The notes under the pieces were generated by a model. The model had not been told where the DNA came from and made no database searches. It saw only the letters and a list, made by a program, of their open reading frames with translations. Positions 31,569 to 32,000 of a DNA stretch of 32,000 nt are shown here, piece after piece; the first letter of the stretch is position 1; every line of letters begins with the position of its first letter. The DNA is taken from positions 5,414 through 37,413 of the IMG/VR virus record IMGVR_UViG_3300045988_123843. The stretch is one strand, 5' to 3'. Source of the stretch: a virus. A program made the position numbers and the translations under genes.

Positions 31569-31817
31569 ATGAATAAGAAATACGAATACAATGGAAATAT
31601 TTATTGTGAAGATGATTTATCAACAATAATAAATAATTATGGAGGAAATTTACGCAACTTGTATTATGAATTATTGAAAAATAAAAAAGTTGAAGAATTT
31701 AATGGTTATTACCTCAAATGTGTTTTTTTTGACGGAGAATATTTTGAAAATTACAAAGAATTAATTAAAGAAGAATATGAAAAGTTAGGAATTGAGGTGT
31801 TACAATGCTATGAATAA
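31569..31817 (+). CDS. Hypothetical protein
   Basis: 82 aa. Confidence 0.4.
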   Translation: MNKKYEYNGNIYCEDDLSTIINNYGGNLRNLYYELLKNKKVEEFNGYYLKCVFFDGEYFENYKELIKEEYEKLGIEVLQCYE

Positions 31818-31932
31818 ATATAAGGAAGCTTTAAATACAATTATTGATGCCATAAGGGATTACGTGTCATATAGAGAATTTGATTTGTTGCCTAGTGAAA
31901 ATGAAATATACGGTGCAAAGTTAATAAAGTAG
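31810..31932 (+). CDS. Short ORF (40 codons) ending at TAG; probably the N-terminal part of a frameshifted gene
   Basis: ATGAATAA overlap with the upstream stop. Translation: MNKYKEALNTIIDAIRDYVSYREFDLLPSENEIYGAKLIK. Confidence 0.3.
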   Translation: MNKYKEALNTIIDAIRDYVSYREFDLLPSENEIYGAKLIK

Positions 31933-32000
31933 ATTTATATGAGTGGATTCCTGTTTCAGGAAGGCTTCCTAGAGAACATGATAGCATTTTTGCTAAATTG
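31929..32000 (+). CDS. Start-less -1 frame continuation with DUF551-like motif, runs off the window
   Basis: VDLYEWIPVSGRLPREHDSIFAKL contains the W-I/V-x-V/S-x-x-RLP motif common at the N-termini of small phage DUF551-type proteins. There is no start codon in this frame after the upstream stops. Confidence 0.3.

Larger units (their letters stand above)
1..32000 (+). mobile_element. Temperate siphovirus-like phage / prophage (morphogenesis, lysis, lysogeny and early-replication modules)
   Basis: Uninterrupted series of phage hallmark genes (capsid, tape measure, holin, endolysin, integrase, cI-like repressor, replisome organiser). Both window edges are still inside phage genes. Confidence 0.9.

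Noticed and set aside
1-32000. CRISPR arrays, rRNA/tRNA genes, transposases/IS elements, reverse transcriptase (DGR/retron), recognisable defence systems
   Set aside because: No regularly spaced repeats, no tRNA-like cloverleaf segments, no DDE/IS or RT motifs (YxDD) and no nuclease/ATPase defence-type ORFs were seen in any frame. This rests on visual inspection only.

Overview
AT-rich (about one-third GC by eye) temperate siphovirus-type phage or prophage of a low-GC Firmicute. Almost all genes are on the + strand and tightly packed.
- 1-14.8 kb: canonical HK97-type head-neck-tail block. It holds the protease C-terminus, major capsid, connector/adaptor proteins, phi13-type major tail protein, G/GT chaperone with an A9 slippery run, 1257-aa tape measure, Dit, Tal with an inserted ricin-type lectin, and BppU-like and glycoside-hydrolase tail fibres.
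- 14.9-19.6 kb: lysis region (XhlA-like membrane proteins, phiLC3-type holin, amidase endolysin). It is split by a 2.7-kb terminator-partitioned accessory cassette (15.4-18.1 kb). The cassette encodes an orphan sigma-70 region-4 protein, Q/N/M-rich low-complexity proteins, a YjcZ-like Cys-rich membrane protein and a stand-alone BclA/C1q-like protein. This is my best candidate for an undescribed system, possibly spore-surface related.
- 19.6-23.9 kb: lysogeny region. It holds a promoter plus structured leader plus TTGGGGTA repeats, a tyrosine integrase (+ strand), and a GC-enriched ~350-nt structured non-coding element ending in a terminator. It also holds small ORFs, a decayed MazE-like antitoxin remnant, an Ltp-type superinfection-exclusion lipoprotein and an XRE/cI repressor (both - strand). 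The repressor faces a rightward promoter with 17-bp palindromic operators.
- 23.9-32 kb: early/replication region (HTH protein, a second XerC/D-like tyrosine recombinase, replisome organiser with internal iterons, DnaC-like loader, PAPS-reductase-family protein, Lar-like protein, many small unknowns).
Oddities: a probable -1 frameshift extension of the capsid at an A10 run, two in-frame TAG codons interrupting early genes, and an orphan second copy of the PAPS-reductase 3' end. No rRNA, tRNA, CRISPR array or transposase was recognised. The gene order fits one circularly permuted temperate phage genome (terminase and portal would lie outside the window), but two tandem elements cannot be excluded. 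All family assignments come from reading the translations by eye; no searches were run.
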